From the NCBI GenBank assembly GCA_001643675.2, contig LSRY02000060.1, positions 62,001-126,000 of the forward strand: a DNA stretch of 64,000 nucleotides. The letters are read 5' to 3'. The notes below the pieces were generated by a model. The model did no database searches and was not told the origin of the DNA. It saw only the letters and a list, made by a program, of their open reading frames with translations. The stretch is from Monocercomonoides exilis PA203. Lineage: Eukaryota; Protista; Preaxostyla. Shown here piece by piece: positions 38,187 to 50,747 of the stretch. A program made the translations under genes and the position numbers. Position 1 is the first letter of the stretch, and each line of letters opens with the position of its first letter.

Positions 38187-39646
38187 AATTGAATTAAAAA
38201 TTCCTATTTAATCATTTGAAATGCGTGAAGAATTTTTGAAACCATTTGATGAATTTAGCCCATCAGCATTTCCAACAGCAGAATTCAAATTGAAAATAAT
38301 TATAATAATAATAACATCAGTTGCAATGGCTGTCTCTGTGAATCGCAGTTTTATAATGTTTATAACCAATTCAATAAAAGGTGAATATGATCAGAAATGT
38401 TTTCAGCAAAGATTTTGTTGTTGATAAATCCATTTGATGAGTTTCAGATCTGAAATGTCTGAAATGACTTGTATTTCTCCTGACGACCGCACAGAATAAA
38501 TAAAAAGAAGGACAGATGTATTGCTTGATGGTAATCCTTTCATTTTTATATGCTTGTGAAATTAGATGTGGTTACAGAAGTCCAAATGAGAATTTCTTGC
38601 TTGATCAAAAATAATTGAGAAGATGCAAAAATAATTCTTGATCAACGAATCAGAATGCCTTTCGTTCTCTTTATCCCTTTGGGATAGAAGCTGAATTCTC
38701 TGATTTACAGCTTCTGACTTTTCTCTTAAATTGATAAAAATATTATTTGTTCTTATGCTCCCTGAATGATGCTCATTAAGAACATGCATTTGTTATATTC
38801 CTCTTCCAATCATGTTTCATTTGAAATAAAATGGCTTTCACCGTACCAGGTGTTTAATAATCCACAAAGAAAAAAAATATGAAGAATGTGCGTTCACTTT
38901 TGCTTCGAAAAGAATATATCTCGAAATCATTTCTGTTGGAGATGATCATCATTGCTTTTCTTCAAATAATCCATTTCCAAATCCAATGAACCATTTTCGC
39001 AATGAAACAACTTTGCTGCAATATTCATCCATTCTGCTTGTTTTTGCTCATGCTCTAATGCAAAGATTGGAATATTCTTTTGTTCTGCAAATTCATTTTG
39101 TTTTTCAGAAACTCATTTCTTTGAATCTTTTGCAATCCTATGAGTCATTTTGAAACAGATGCAAACATTAGCAATTCATGAAAAATGACAAGAAGGCTTG
39201 TATCATGTGCCCACTTTTTCATTCATGTTCTTTTTCCCAAAAATGCAATAAAGCACTTTCTCTTCAAGAACTGATATTTCCTCTTTTCGAATTCTCTTCC
39301 ATTAAATTTCCATTCCAATTACAAAATAAAATTTGTTTCAAAGCCTTGAAGCAATGTCTTCACGAAAGAAGAGCTCCTCGCTTCATTTTCACAAAACCGA
39401 AATCAAACAATTTTTTGTTGGTTCGATCAAATCGAATCAAAAGATTCACTTTTCTTGCTTAAACAGCCAATCCAAGACATTTTGTTGTGCTCTCTTTTGC
39501 ATTCCATTTTGTCAGGCAAAAGCACTTGCATAGAAATTCCTATCTATTTTATTTTTCTTTATTTTCAACGATGTTTGTATTATCCTTTTGTATTCTTGCT
39601 TGCCAAGCTTTACCCTTCATTTTGAACATTCTTTGCAACAAATAGA

Positions 39647-41100
39647 ATGAGTTTGCTTTATGATGATGAGCCTGATAACAGAATTCTGGCAGTGACTCGA
39701 ACCGAGAAGTTTTCAAGTTTGCTTTTTTATTTGGATTGAATAATGAAGAATGGATTTTAACATTTGAATACCTTTTGCAGAATTGCTTTGTGAGCTGGAA
39801 ATTAGCAATGAAGTTGAACAAAAACAGAAAATTGAAGAAATGAATTCAATGATTGAAAAAATGAATAAAGATGATTTCAGAAATCTTTTCACAAAAGAAC
39901 GATTCGATAACATTCATCAAATGATTGAAGAAAAGAAGCTGCCAATGGAAAATGCAATTTTGTTATTGAAGCACGTGGGATATTTGGCAGTGCTGAGAGA
40001 TATGGAAAGTTTTAATTTTAGTAAATCATTATTGAGCAAACGATTTGAAAAAATGATTGTTGAAGAAGAAAAGAAAAAAGAGGGAAAAAATGAAAAGCTT
40101 CTGGCTGATCTTTGCGAATGCTTTGTTTTGCTCAATCAATTTTGCATTTCCAAAGAATTGCTATCAATCGTTTTGCCATGCCTTCTGAAAGTTGGACTGG
40201 ATAAAGATGAGAGCGAAGAAACGCAAAAGGAAGTGGAAATGGCTTTTCTGGCGCTGAGCAACATTAACGAATATGCTGTTTGAGCACTTCTGTCACATAT
40301 TTGAAGCTATTTATTTTTCTTTTTTTGCTTTTAAACAGATAATCGATAAAAATATGTATTTTAGTGAGATGAAAGAGATCATCCAGCATCATCAAGAGCA
40401 TAACAATCTGACGCGGCTTGCCTATCATTCTGCGTGGGAATTTGTGATTAAAAGATTTTGCCTAGACGGAAGCTTGGAAGATGTTATTTCGAACGAGCTG
40501 CATTTTGCGAAGGAGGCAATAAAGGAGTTAGAAGAACTGATGAATTGCGTGGATTGGAAGAGAACAAAAGAGGAAAGAGAAAAAGAATCGCAAGAAGAGA
40601 AGGTTTTATTGAGATGGTTGCTAACATTGGAGTATTTCTTGGGCTCGTGCTTATTGTGGAATGAAAAATATTCAGAGCTTATCAGATGCGTTGTTCAGGT
40701 ATATCAAACAGCAAAAGGGAATAATGAGGAAATTGGCAGTCGATGCATTTATTCATTGAGCATGGCAGCGAAAAATAGAGCCATGAAGAATGAAGACTTG
40801 CTGAACGGAGGAGCTGTAAATGCTATTTTGAAGGAGAATCAGCTTCCAACAATGGATGATGTCAATACGCAAATAAGTTTAAAATTCTTGATTTCGATTA
40901 CAGGGAGACTGAAAGGAAAGAAGAAAGAAAAAATGAAAGAGGAGCACAGAAAAGGGTTGAAAAGGAAGATGTTTGAAAAGATGGAAGAAGAAGGATACGA
41001 AGATGTTATCACAAGCTTCCATGGGATATTTGTCTTGCTTGAAGGCTGTTTATATCCATTTATATCATTAAATGTTTGTGATTATTTTGTAAATGTTTAA
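39647..41100 (+). CDS. Lineage-specific alpha-helical multigene family protein, copy 6 (3 exons, ~442 aa)
   Basis: Exons 39647-39716, 39781-40277, 40339-41100; introns 64 and 61 nt; family motifs present. Confidence 0.87.
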
Positions 41101-41674
41101 GAAAATGAAATTTAATGAATTTTTAAACTCAAAAGTGATGCTTTTCTTTTTTCATCATTTCGCAAAATCGAAAATCATCAGTCATTTGAAGTATCATCAA
41201 AATATCTTTTTTTTTTTTTTTTCACACGTTGAAATGAAGCATAAAGCAACAATAAAAAAAAAAGAAAAAAGAAAAAAAGAAAAATAAAAAATCTTCTCTT
41301 GCTAAAAAAAAACTTTAAAACAGCATCAAAACTCTGACAACTGAAAATATGAACTTAACATGCAAAAATTGGAAAGAAAAAAAATGTTTCAATTTTTGAA
41401 AATCTCGAATAATTCAACAAATCATTTACAAACAATTCTCAAAACTCTTTGAATCACACTGAAAACTCACAAAATACACAAAATGTTTGCTTCAGCCAAG
41501 TGAAGGCAACACTTAAACATCCAAATAAAAACATGAAAAAGCAAAGAAAAGAAGAAACTTCCTAATAAACAATTTCTCCATTTCAAAATTAATAAAAATA
41601 TAAAACAAAAAATTAAATAAAATAAAAAAGGAACAAAAAAGCATTTTGATTATTCTCTTTTGGCTGACTGCTTT

Positions 41675-44179
41675 TCACAGAAGCCAAGAAAACGACCCCC
41701 TTTGAAGAATCTGCTGCCAAGTCTCGTGAATAACGGAATTGATACCTGGCTCGTCAAATGCATGATCGCCTGCACTTTGTTTTGCCTTTTCGATTTCTTC
41801 TTCTTCTTCTTCTTTTTCTTCTTTCCTCTTTTTTGCTTCCTCTTCCGATCTTTTCCTTTCTGCTTCTTCTGCTTCTATTTCTTCTCGTTCCTCCTGATCA
41901 TAATGTGCATTGATCTCGTCTATTGCTGCACTGAGCTCTTCTGGTTTCAGTCCTTTCAATGCGATCTCAGCAAGCCTCTGTTCTTTCTCTTCCTCTCTCA
42001 TTTCTCTCTTCTTCGCTTTCTTTGCCTCTTTCGCTTTCTTCTCCTCTTCCTTTTGCTTTTCCCGCATCTTCTCCATTCTCCGCCTCTCCCACTCTTCTGC
42101 CCTTCTTTCCTGCTCTTCTCTGCTCCTCCTTTTCCGCGCTGCATCCTGCCACACAAACAGCTCTTTCCTCAAATCCACATTCCGCTCTATCCACTTCACA
42201 TCCCCTTTCACCAGATACAGCGCTGCCCAGAATGCAACCAGCACAACCACAAACCACACCACCATCGGCACCAGCGACAGCGCCATGTTCCTCTCCATTT
42301 TGTGTGCCCGCTCAATCAGCTCGTCTGTCACCACCACAGCCGACATGAACCGCTCTGCCCCTTTCCACGCCTCTCCATTCGAAGCACCAGGATCAAACAC
42401 CCCAACCCCATCCAAGCACAGAAGAGGGATCAGAACAATGGCAATGCCAATCACAGATCCAATGGCAATTCCTGCAATGCGAATGCTTTTGCTGCATAGA
42501 ACAGAATATTCATGCTCCTTCGATGGCCTCATGAAGAACACAAACACATGAATCAGAACGATCGTTGGAAAAAGAGGAACAAGTGCAACTGTCCACGAGT
42601 TTGTGGTGTTAACTGTTTGTTGTCCGTTTGGATTTCAAATAAATTTCCAAATGGCAAATGGAATAATTATAAATGAATGAGATAAATTTATAAAATAAAA
42701 CATAACAAATAAGTCACACAGCACAATTCGTGAAAGAATAGCACCCAAGCTGTTATAACACCACATATCGCAATCAATAAAATAACTCCATCCAAGTCAT
42801 CATCACCATAGCAAGCAACCCAGTTATCGACTGGAGACATGAAAAAAATTTCTCCAAGCAAAGCGAAGAGCAACCACAAAGAACTTTCAAACACTGACGA
42901 GTTTGGTTCTGTTGTTGATTGTCCGCTTTCTGCGTGTTCCTCATCAGCTGCTGATTGGCTGAAAACTCCTCTGCTTTCTGCATCACTTTTTTTGGAATCA
43001 ACAGCTGAACGTGACTTGGCCATCGGTCCATCAACCAACCTGTTGCGAATGTTGGGTGTGTAATTCTCGCCATTCATGAAATTGTCCATTTTCAAACACA
43101 AAAGATAATTGACAAAAGGGAAGCATGCCAAATAAATACCAACAAAAATTAACTTGTACCGAACTTCCTTTCGCTTCGTCAAATACAGAAACAAAAAGCC
43201 AAAATGCATCAGCAGCAGTGCCATTACAACAGTGAACTGCAATTTTGATTGAGATAAACTGAACGAAAACACCGATCTTGTAACTTTGTTTGAAACCAAA
43301 TTAGAAACATTCGGATCAGACAATTTGTCGAAAACAGGACCCCGAATAAAATTTGTTGAATAAAATATCGCAAAGAAGAAGAGGAACAAAAACGATGCCA
43401 ACGATGCCCACGTAACTGTAAATAGAAGAAGACTTGTTTTTGGATGTGTTATCGATTCTTTAAGATGATACACATCATTCCATATGCCTCGCTTGGTATC
43501 AAACAACGCCTTCGCAAAAGTTCCGTACATTTTGATCGTATCTTTCCAGCCTTTCGGACTCAGGCCAAACCTTATTCTGTCCTCCTTATTCTGCTGCAAA
43601 AAAAAAAAAATTAATAAATAATATTTGTATTTCTTCTCATCTCGACCTCTTCAAAGTTGCTCAATATTCAAACCATTTCATTGCCTGCATCAAGTGTTTC
43701 AAGGTCTTGAAACTCGTTCTGGTTCAGATAAATGTTATCCTTCAATCGAGGAAGCTCTTCAAAAACAATTTCGCGCCAGAACCTAACAATCATTAGATGT
43801 CAATAAATACAGAGAAGAAAATCAAAAAGTTCTGTCAAAACTCTTCTGTATTCAATATTAAACGAAATTGCTTCGACGTGCCCATTAGACTCATTTTTGT
43901 TTTCGTGTCGCATCGCCTAAAAATCCTGAAATCATAAACAATAAAAATAATAATAAATCAAAACGAATTCACACTTTTTCCATATCTCTTCCGGAACATC
44001 TGTTTCACCAAAGATTTTGTTCAATCAAATCAGCAAATCAGTCATAATAAAAACACACTTTTAATGTTAAACTGATCGCAAGAATCGTTTGACGAGCAAC
44101 TTAAAGATGCATTTTCGTCATGCAAATTAACATAAAATATATCCTCATGTAAATTAACCTTCTCTTCTTTTCTCTTCAT
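41675..44179 (-). CDS. F-box domain multi-pass membrane protein with charged coiled-coil C-terminus (6 exons, ~716 aa)
   Basis: Exons 44179-44059, 43999-43975, 43925-43842, 43782-43674, 43593-42720, 42612-41675; all five introns GT-AG and in phase (2151 nt in total). Spliced N-terminus FNIKNVPEEIWKKIFRRCDTKTKMSLMGTSKQFRLILNTEEFWREIVF fits the F-box consensus; about 8-10 hydrophobic segments follow. Confidence 0.75.
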
Positions 44180-44689
44180 GAAAAAATAAAAGCATTGATC
44201 TGACACATAAGTAGTTATTTATGGAAAAACTCTTTCAAAAATGATATATTTTTTTAAAATTCCTTCGTTTATTTCTTCATTATTTTCATTAAAAAAAATA
44301 AAAATAAAAAAATAAAAATAAAATAAAATAAAATAAAATAAAATAAAAGAAAAGAAAAGAAAAAAAGAAAGAAACATGAAGAAAAAATATGAAAGGATAA
44401 TAAAACAATATCAGACTCCTTATTTTCGAATGAAACGAAAAATTATTAAAAACTTTGAATTGATTCAAATTTCAATTTTGGAAAAAAAAGTTCAATAAGA
44501 ACAAATCCGGTGAAATCAAAAAAATGATTTTTTTGTCGAATTCAATTGATGGTTATTTTATTATAATAAAAACAATATCATAACTTGTGATGATTAAAAT
44601 TTGAATATTTTTATTCAAAAATTATGGGAGGAAATTATAAAAAAACACTCTGTATTGTTTTTATCGTACTTTGAGAAGCGGTTTAAAAT
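44180..44689. promoter_or_regulatory. Candidate bidirectional promoter between two divergent intact genes
   Basis: 510-bp very AT-rich spacer between ATG 44179 (-) and ATG 44690 (+), with an (AAAAT)n/(AAAAG)n tract at ~44292-44373. Function is inferred from position only. Confidence 0.45.
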
Positions 44690-47600
44690 ATGGCGAGCGA
44701 AGAGAGCATGTCGATGTGTTCGACATCTAGCGGGACGATGAATGATTATACTCAAGCGGAAGAGTTCAGCAAAATGGAAACATTTGGCTTTTCCCTTTTT
44801 TTCCCTCTTTTCCATCAACCGAAGCATCCAAGCAAAACATGGGAGATTTTCGTATGGGCGTTCACAGTGATTCAGATGGTTACGCTCAGTTTCTTTCGAA
44901 TTGACGTTTCCACGCAAAAAGTGAACACAGTTTCTTTGGTTTGTGATTTTCATCTTTAAATTTTTTCCTTTGAGATTTATTTATCATTTCGTAATCCTAA
45001 CTTCGATCCTGATATCTTTTTGGGGGAATTTTTATTCATGAAACTGTCAGTGCGTTGGCTTTCCAGATGGAACGTCTCTTGGATATTTAGCAGGAAATTA
45101 CGTTTCGTTTGTAATAATAGGATGTGCAATCTATTTGGTGTTGCTTGTGATGTGCCTTGCTATAACGGCGATCTTGCAAGGTGCTATTTCAGGCTCGCAG
45201 CCGTGGGTCATTTCGCTGTTACGTTGGATTGTGCACTTCACATACACCATCTTATTTATCCCATTGACTTCAATATGCATTACTGTATTTGATTGCTATA
45301 AATCTGAGGGACAAATGGTTCATCGGGGATTTGAAGGAAGCTGTTCGGGTTCATTCTTGTCCATTTTGGGATTTATTGTTTCAATTATTGTACTGGGCTT
45401 TCTGCTGTTATCTTCAATTTTAATAAACAACATGATATACAACCACAATCCGAAGCATGGTGGGCTATGGTCATCACCACGTGGTTTGTGGCAAGCGGTG
45501 GATTCGTCTATTGTGTTTGGGTGTGTGTTTGCAATGCGAACACTGATTGAATGGCCTTTCTGGCGAGGAGTGGTGACTGTTGGATCTTCTCTAGCGATGA
45601 TAGTGTATTTTGTGTATATTCAGCCGATATACAAACTGAACGGGAATCTGCTGATGGCAAGTAAGTGGTGCTTATTTGGGTTCTTGAGACTGTTCGATGA
45701 AATTTTGTATGCAATTGAAGGAGCAACAGGCAACTGGATTGTTACTATCGTGCTTCAAGTGGTTGTGCTGATAGCTGGAATCGTTGCATGTGCAGTGCTG
45801 TTGCCGAAGATTGGCCAAAAGATGAGAGAGAAGAAGTATCTGCTGACAGCTTTTGGCAGCCAGCTGTTGGACATCTACACGAAAAATCCATCTTTGGCTC
45901 TGCCTCCGCTGAAGAAGCCAGAAAGAGTGGAGCCCTCGCTTCGCTTTATCCAACAGAAAGAATATGATTCGATGATGTATTTGACATTTGCAGACTACGT
46001 CTACACACACGCACTGAAGTCGAACCCGAACGACAGCATGCTTTGCTTCCAGTATGCGACGTTTCTGCTGTCCTACCGCAAAAACTACATGAAAGCCAAT
46101 ACACTCATCCAGAAGGCGCGGTCGCTTTCTCCAGGCGTGTTTCTGAACTTTGTGCTGTTCTGCAAGGCGAAAGAGAACGGCGGGCGTGCAAACGGGCAGA
46201 ACGGCGGGAACGGGACAGGCAACATGAACACATTTGCATTCACGACGCTGATGGCAAAGGCAGAGAAGCACCATGAGCAGGCAGTGAGTTCGATGAAGGA
46301 CTTCTTCGAGAACATTACATCGATGCAGCCAGACTACAAGGCGATTCCGGGTCTGCTGAATTCGATTGTGAAGAACGAAGAGATTTCCAGAAAGAGCTAC
46401 GAAGAGCTGATTGCGTCGCACGAGCAGAACACAGGTGTGCTGCGGAGCTATGCGCGCCTGCTGCTGGACATCTACGACGACGAAGACGAGGCAGAGATGA
46501 TTCTGAACCGGGCAGAGCAGATTGAAGAGGACTACGGCTTCAGCGAGTCGATGACGCACACACACACCGGAAGCTTCAACGAAGGGTCGTTTGGGATGGG
46601 CGATGCATACGAGATGAGCGGGAGGAGAAGCGCAAGGGGAGACAGAACGGGTGCAGAACATGAGGCGAATATGCCTCGCGTTGTGAGGCGGGGAAGCTTT
46701 GAGGTGAATGCAGGGAGTGTTAAGGATGGCACCAACGGAGACAAAGGAGCAGAGGGTTCTTCATTGGAAGCGCAGAATTTGGAAGGAGATCGCGAATCTC
46801 TTGCGAGAAGCGAGGCGCAATGGCAGCAGTCTTCGAGTGGGATGAGAAGGCATCGCACAACAAATCGGAGGAGGAGAAAGAAGAAGAAGAAAGAGGCAAC
46901 AATTGTTGATCTGGTGGTAGGGGGGCATGGGGAGCAAGGGAATCGTGAAAGCGAATACAACAGGTTGAAATTCATTGAAATAGGTTTGCATATGCTGAAC
47001 ATTGGCGTGCTTGTTGGAGCACTTATTGTGTATGTGATAAAGACAAATGCGTATCAGAGCAATCTGCAGACGCTGCGGAATGTGTGCGACTTGTCTTACC
47101 ATTCCGCGCGTTCAGCCACAATCGGGTACAACTACTTAATATACGACAAGAGATACAACTACACCGATCCACCAAAGACGGATGAATGGCCGACGGGAAT
47201 GATTCAGAGGAAAGATCTGCTGAAGATGATGGAGGAGACATCGGAGAACTTGGCCTCGATGCTGGGCAGAATCCACCAGTCGACCTCAAACTTGGAGGTG
47301 TGGGAGACAGCAGATATCAGCACGTATTTCTTCACCATCGCCACAAAGAACATAACTCACCCAGACGGAAGTGTGGAGGAAGTGATCGACACCAAAAAGC
47401 AGATCCTGCGCTCATCATCGATGTTGGAGGTTGTTGCCACAGTCTCTCAAATGATGCATCACCTGTTTCTCACAAACATATCGTCTCGTCCTCAGGATCC
47501 TGATTTTCTGTCAAACATTCAGTATTTGACGTTCAACTGCCCAGTGCCAATATTGGACGGCGCAAAAAGAGTTATCATTTATTACTATGAAATTTTGAAC

Positions 47601-50600
47601 AAGCAGTGCGACGAAATTATGCTTGTCTTAATAATCATTCTTGTGACATCTCTTACTCCCCTCACAGTCATACAACTTTTGGTCTACGTGTTGTACACCT
47701 GGAAATCAGTGAAGAATCGGATGAGGGCATATCAGACGATGCTGGACATGCCGAAGAACAAGATGCAGAGTGTCATTCGCCGACTTCTGAGAGACGAGGA
47801 CGAAGAAGACGACTTCACGATCAACGTCGAGATGGGAGAGAGCATGGAGACGAGGACATTTGACAACTACTTGGACAACAACGGCATGCACAACGATGAT
47901 AACAGCCACAACGGAGAGTTCTTGGAAGATCCTGGCGCGTCTGCGTTGCGCGAAGAAGGAGACGAAAGTGGAAAAGATGACAGTTCACAGAAAGCTGTTT
48001 GCAATTCTCCACAGACATCTCAACTGGATGGCAAAGGGCCGAGTGAAATCAATACACATCCAATATTTGTGAGGCAGCAATCGATGGAGTCTCAGCAGAA
48101 GAGAAAGGCTTCTTTCAGGCAAAACGCACCCGAAACGGAACTTTCCAATGAGAAGCCAGCAACTTCCACGCTTTCGAGTGCTGGGTTTTCGATGGAGTCG
48201 TTAAACGACACTCCGTTTGCGATGGAGTCCTCGAGTTCTTTGTTTGATGAGCATCTGACGACAATTCCTTCGACACCAGGTTTGCAGCTGCCAACGCCAA
48301 TGGTCGGCGAAGAGAGCCCAAAGGGAGCACAAATAACTGAACGAAGCAACGGAGCAAGGAAAACACCACAGCCACCGCTGTCGAATATCGATCTTTCTTT
48401 GGGCAAACCGAAAGTGGAGTCGGAAGGAGGAGGAGCAGGAGCAGCAGAAGTTCTGACTAATCGATCGAAGAATAACTCAACCCCTTCGAATAATCTGCAG
48501 TTGGACTCATTTGGGATGGGGTTTGTTGAATACGAAGGTGCGTCAGTTGTAACAAGTGCCACTCCCACCCGAAGCGCAACAAGGACGCCAGTGAACCAAG
48601 TGTTTGGAAATACACTGGCTGCCCCGCTGACAATCAAGCCGCTTGGCATCAATCTGACTGACGAATTGAACAACGCACCGCCATCTCCTCTTTTTATGCC
48701 GCAATCTCCTCTTCTCACGGCACGGTCTTCTCTTCTCACTCCACGAACTCCTCTTCCCATTCCGCAATCTCCTCTTCTTGTGTCACAATCTCCTCTTCTT
48801 GTGCCGCAGTCTCCTCTTCCCATTCCTCAGTCTCCTCTTCTCGTGTCGCAATCACCGCTTGTTCCGCCTCTCTTTTCAAACATCGATATCGATTCCATCA
48901 ACAGCAATGGAAACAACAGCCAGCCGCACTTTGGTCTGACGTCTACAGCCTCGTTCTCCATCCAGCACGCAGTGTCTGAATACGAAACGGGGTCTCTTTT
49001 CAACTCGGCGCAGGTGATGCAGCCTCTATCGCCAAGAAATCTGTCTCCACAGAACAGGGCATTGACATACAGCCAGAACCTGTCGTTTCCGCAGATAGAA
49101 GTACCTACTCCGATGCATGCTGTCTCAGAGGCACAACTGAAGACTGATCGAAGCATGTTTGATGGACATTTGACGCCTACGCAGGCACAGCAGCAACAAC
49201 AACAACCGCAGCAGCAGCCTCAAGAACAACAACAGCAACAACAAAATGGAGCAACTGAAATGAAATACATGATTGATTACGATGATAGCGATGAGTCAGA
49301 AAAGGACAAGCAGATGGGGCTGATCAGAAACGTCATTGAAGATGCAGCGTGGGAAGAAGGAATCGAAAAGGAGATAGAGAAGCACGAAGCAGCATACAAA
49401 CAGTTGCCACGTCCGATATCAAAATTAGTTGTATTTACCGTGTTATTTTCAACATTGATTGGCTTAACCACAATCATATTTTCTGTTCTTATCATATCCT
49501 ACGATGTCAGGAGCTACAGGCCAATATCTGCGAACATCATTCTTTCTGGAATGCGTGCTTCAATCTTGTTCCAAATCCAGTTTCTTCTGATATCCATTCT
49601 TCAGCCGCTTCCGCTGCTGGAGACGAACCAATCAATCACGTTTCCGAGATCGTGCAATCCAGTCATGTACAACTCTTCCCATTGCTCTGGTGATCCACTC
49701 ACTGCACGCGGCATGCTGGTTCCGATGTCCAATTACTTCGAGGCAGTGCATTTGGGGTGCCACTTCGGAGATTCGGAGTATTCGCACGCAGATGATGTCA
49801 CATACGATGAAGTGACTGTGTCGCGGATGAAGAAGGAGTTCAATGTGAAGACGCTGCTGGACGATACAGAATGTTTCCTTGCTAATTCTGATGACTGTTC
49901 TCAGGTGAATCCTATGCGGATATACGGGGTGCATGGGCATCTTTACGGACTCACATCGCTTTTGGCGCGGATGAGAATAAACGTGGAGAGGATTTCGAAG
50001 ATGGATGTTGAAAACATCACGTATTTAACCCCTGAAGCACGATTCATTTTGAATGGCCTTCGAAACGACATTGTGGGAGGTATAAACAAGATGACGAATA
50101 TGATTTTGACTGAAGGAAAGGAAGAAGTGCATAAATCGGTTACTATTCTAGTCATTGCGTTTATATTGTTTTCTATTTTATTCATTATTTCAATGTTTGG
50201 AAATTCAAGGACGTGGGCGATTGAAGTGACGTTTGTTGAGAATGTTTCTTGGAGATTGCACCACCTGCTGCCAATCAAAGAAGGCGAAAAGGAGATTGAG
50301 ATGATTTCATCGATGGTGACCGGACACGACTCGTTCGACAAAGGAAGAGAAGCAATTCTGGATGCAGCACAGCAGCTGGTAACATCAGTCAATCAATATG
50401 AACGACAAGAAGTTGTGATGGATGCGTTCTATCAGCTTTCATCAACAGTATTGGCAGCTTTCAATGAGGAGGAAAGAGAAATGGTAGCGAGGAATTATGC
50501 AAACATTGAAAAGCACAAAAGAGAGCATTTGCTGTTGAGACAGAGGCTGACGCTGATTGGAGACCAGCTTCGCTCAAAGAACGATGCAGTGAAATCAATT

Positions 50601-50747
50601 GGAAAGAGGAAGCTTATTTCTTTGTTTGACATGCACTTCACAGACGAAGATATCACCTTTGCAGACACTTGTTTCGAGATGGATGACAACAATCAGAATA
50701 ATAATGATAATAACGAAAACGAGAACGAAGACATCGATGATCTGTGA
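44690..50747 (+). CDS. TmcB-like large polytopic membrane protein with TPR-like region and C-terminal hemerythrin-like domain (~1981 aa)
   Basis: Exons 44690-44938 and 45051-50747 (112-nt phase-0 intron). N-terminal TM bundle; TPR-like YEELIASH..NTGVLRSYARLLLDIYDDEDEA; two TM-flanked modules; long S/P-rich linker; C-terminal VTGHDSFDKGR...AFNEEEREM..NY..IEKHKREH...FDMHFTDED. Confidence 0.85.
48697..48868 (+). repeat. Intragenic 21-bp tandem repeat encoding QSPLL-type heptads
   Basis: About 8 units of CAATCTCCTCTTCT-type sequence: PQSPLLT ARSSLLT PRTPLPI PQSPLLV SQSPLLV PQSPLPI PQSPLLV SQSPLVP. Confidence 0.85.
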
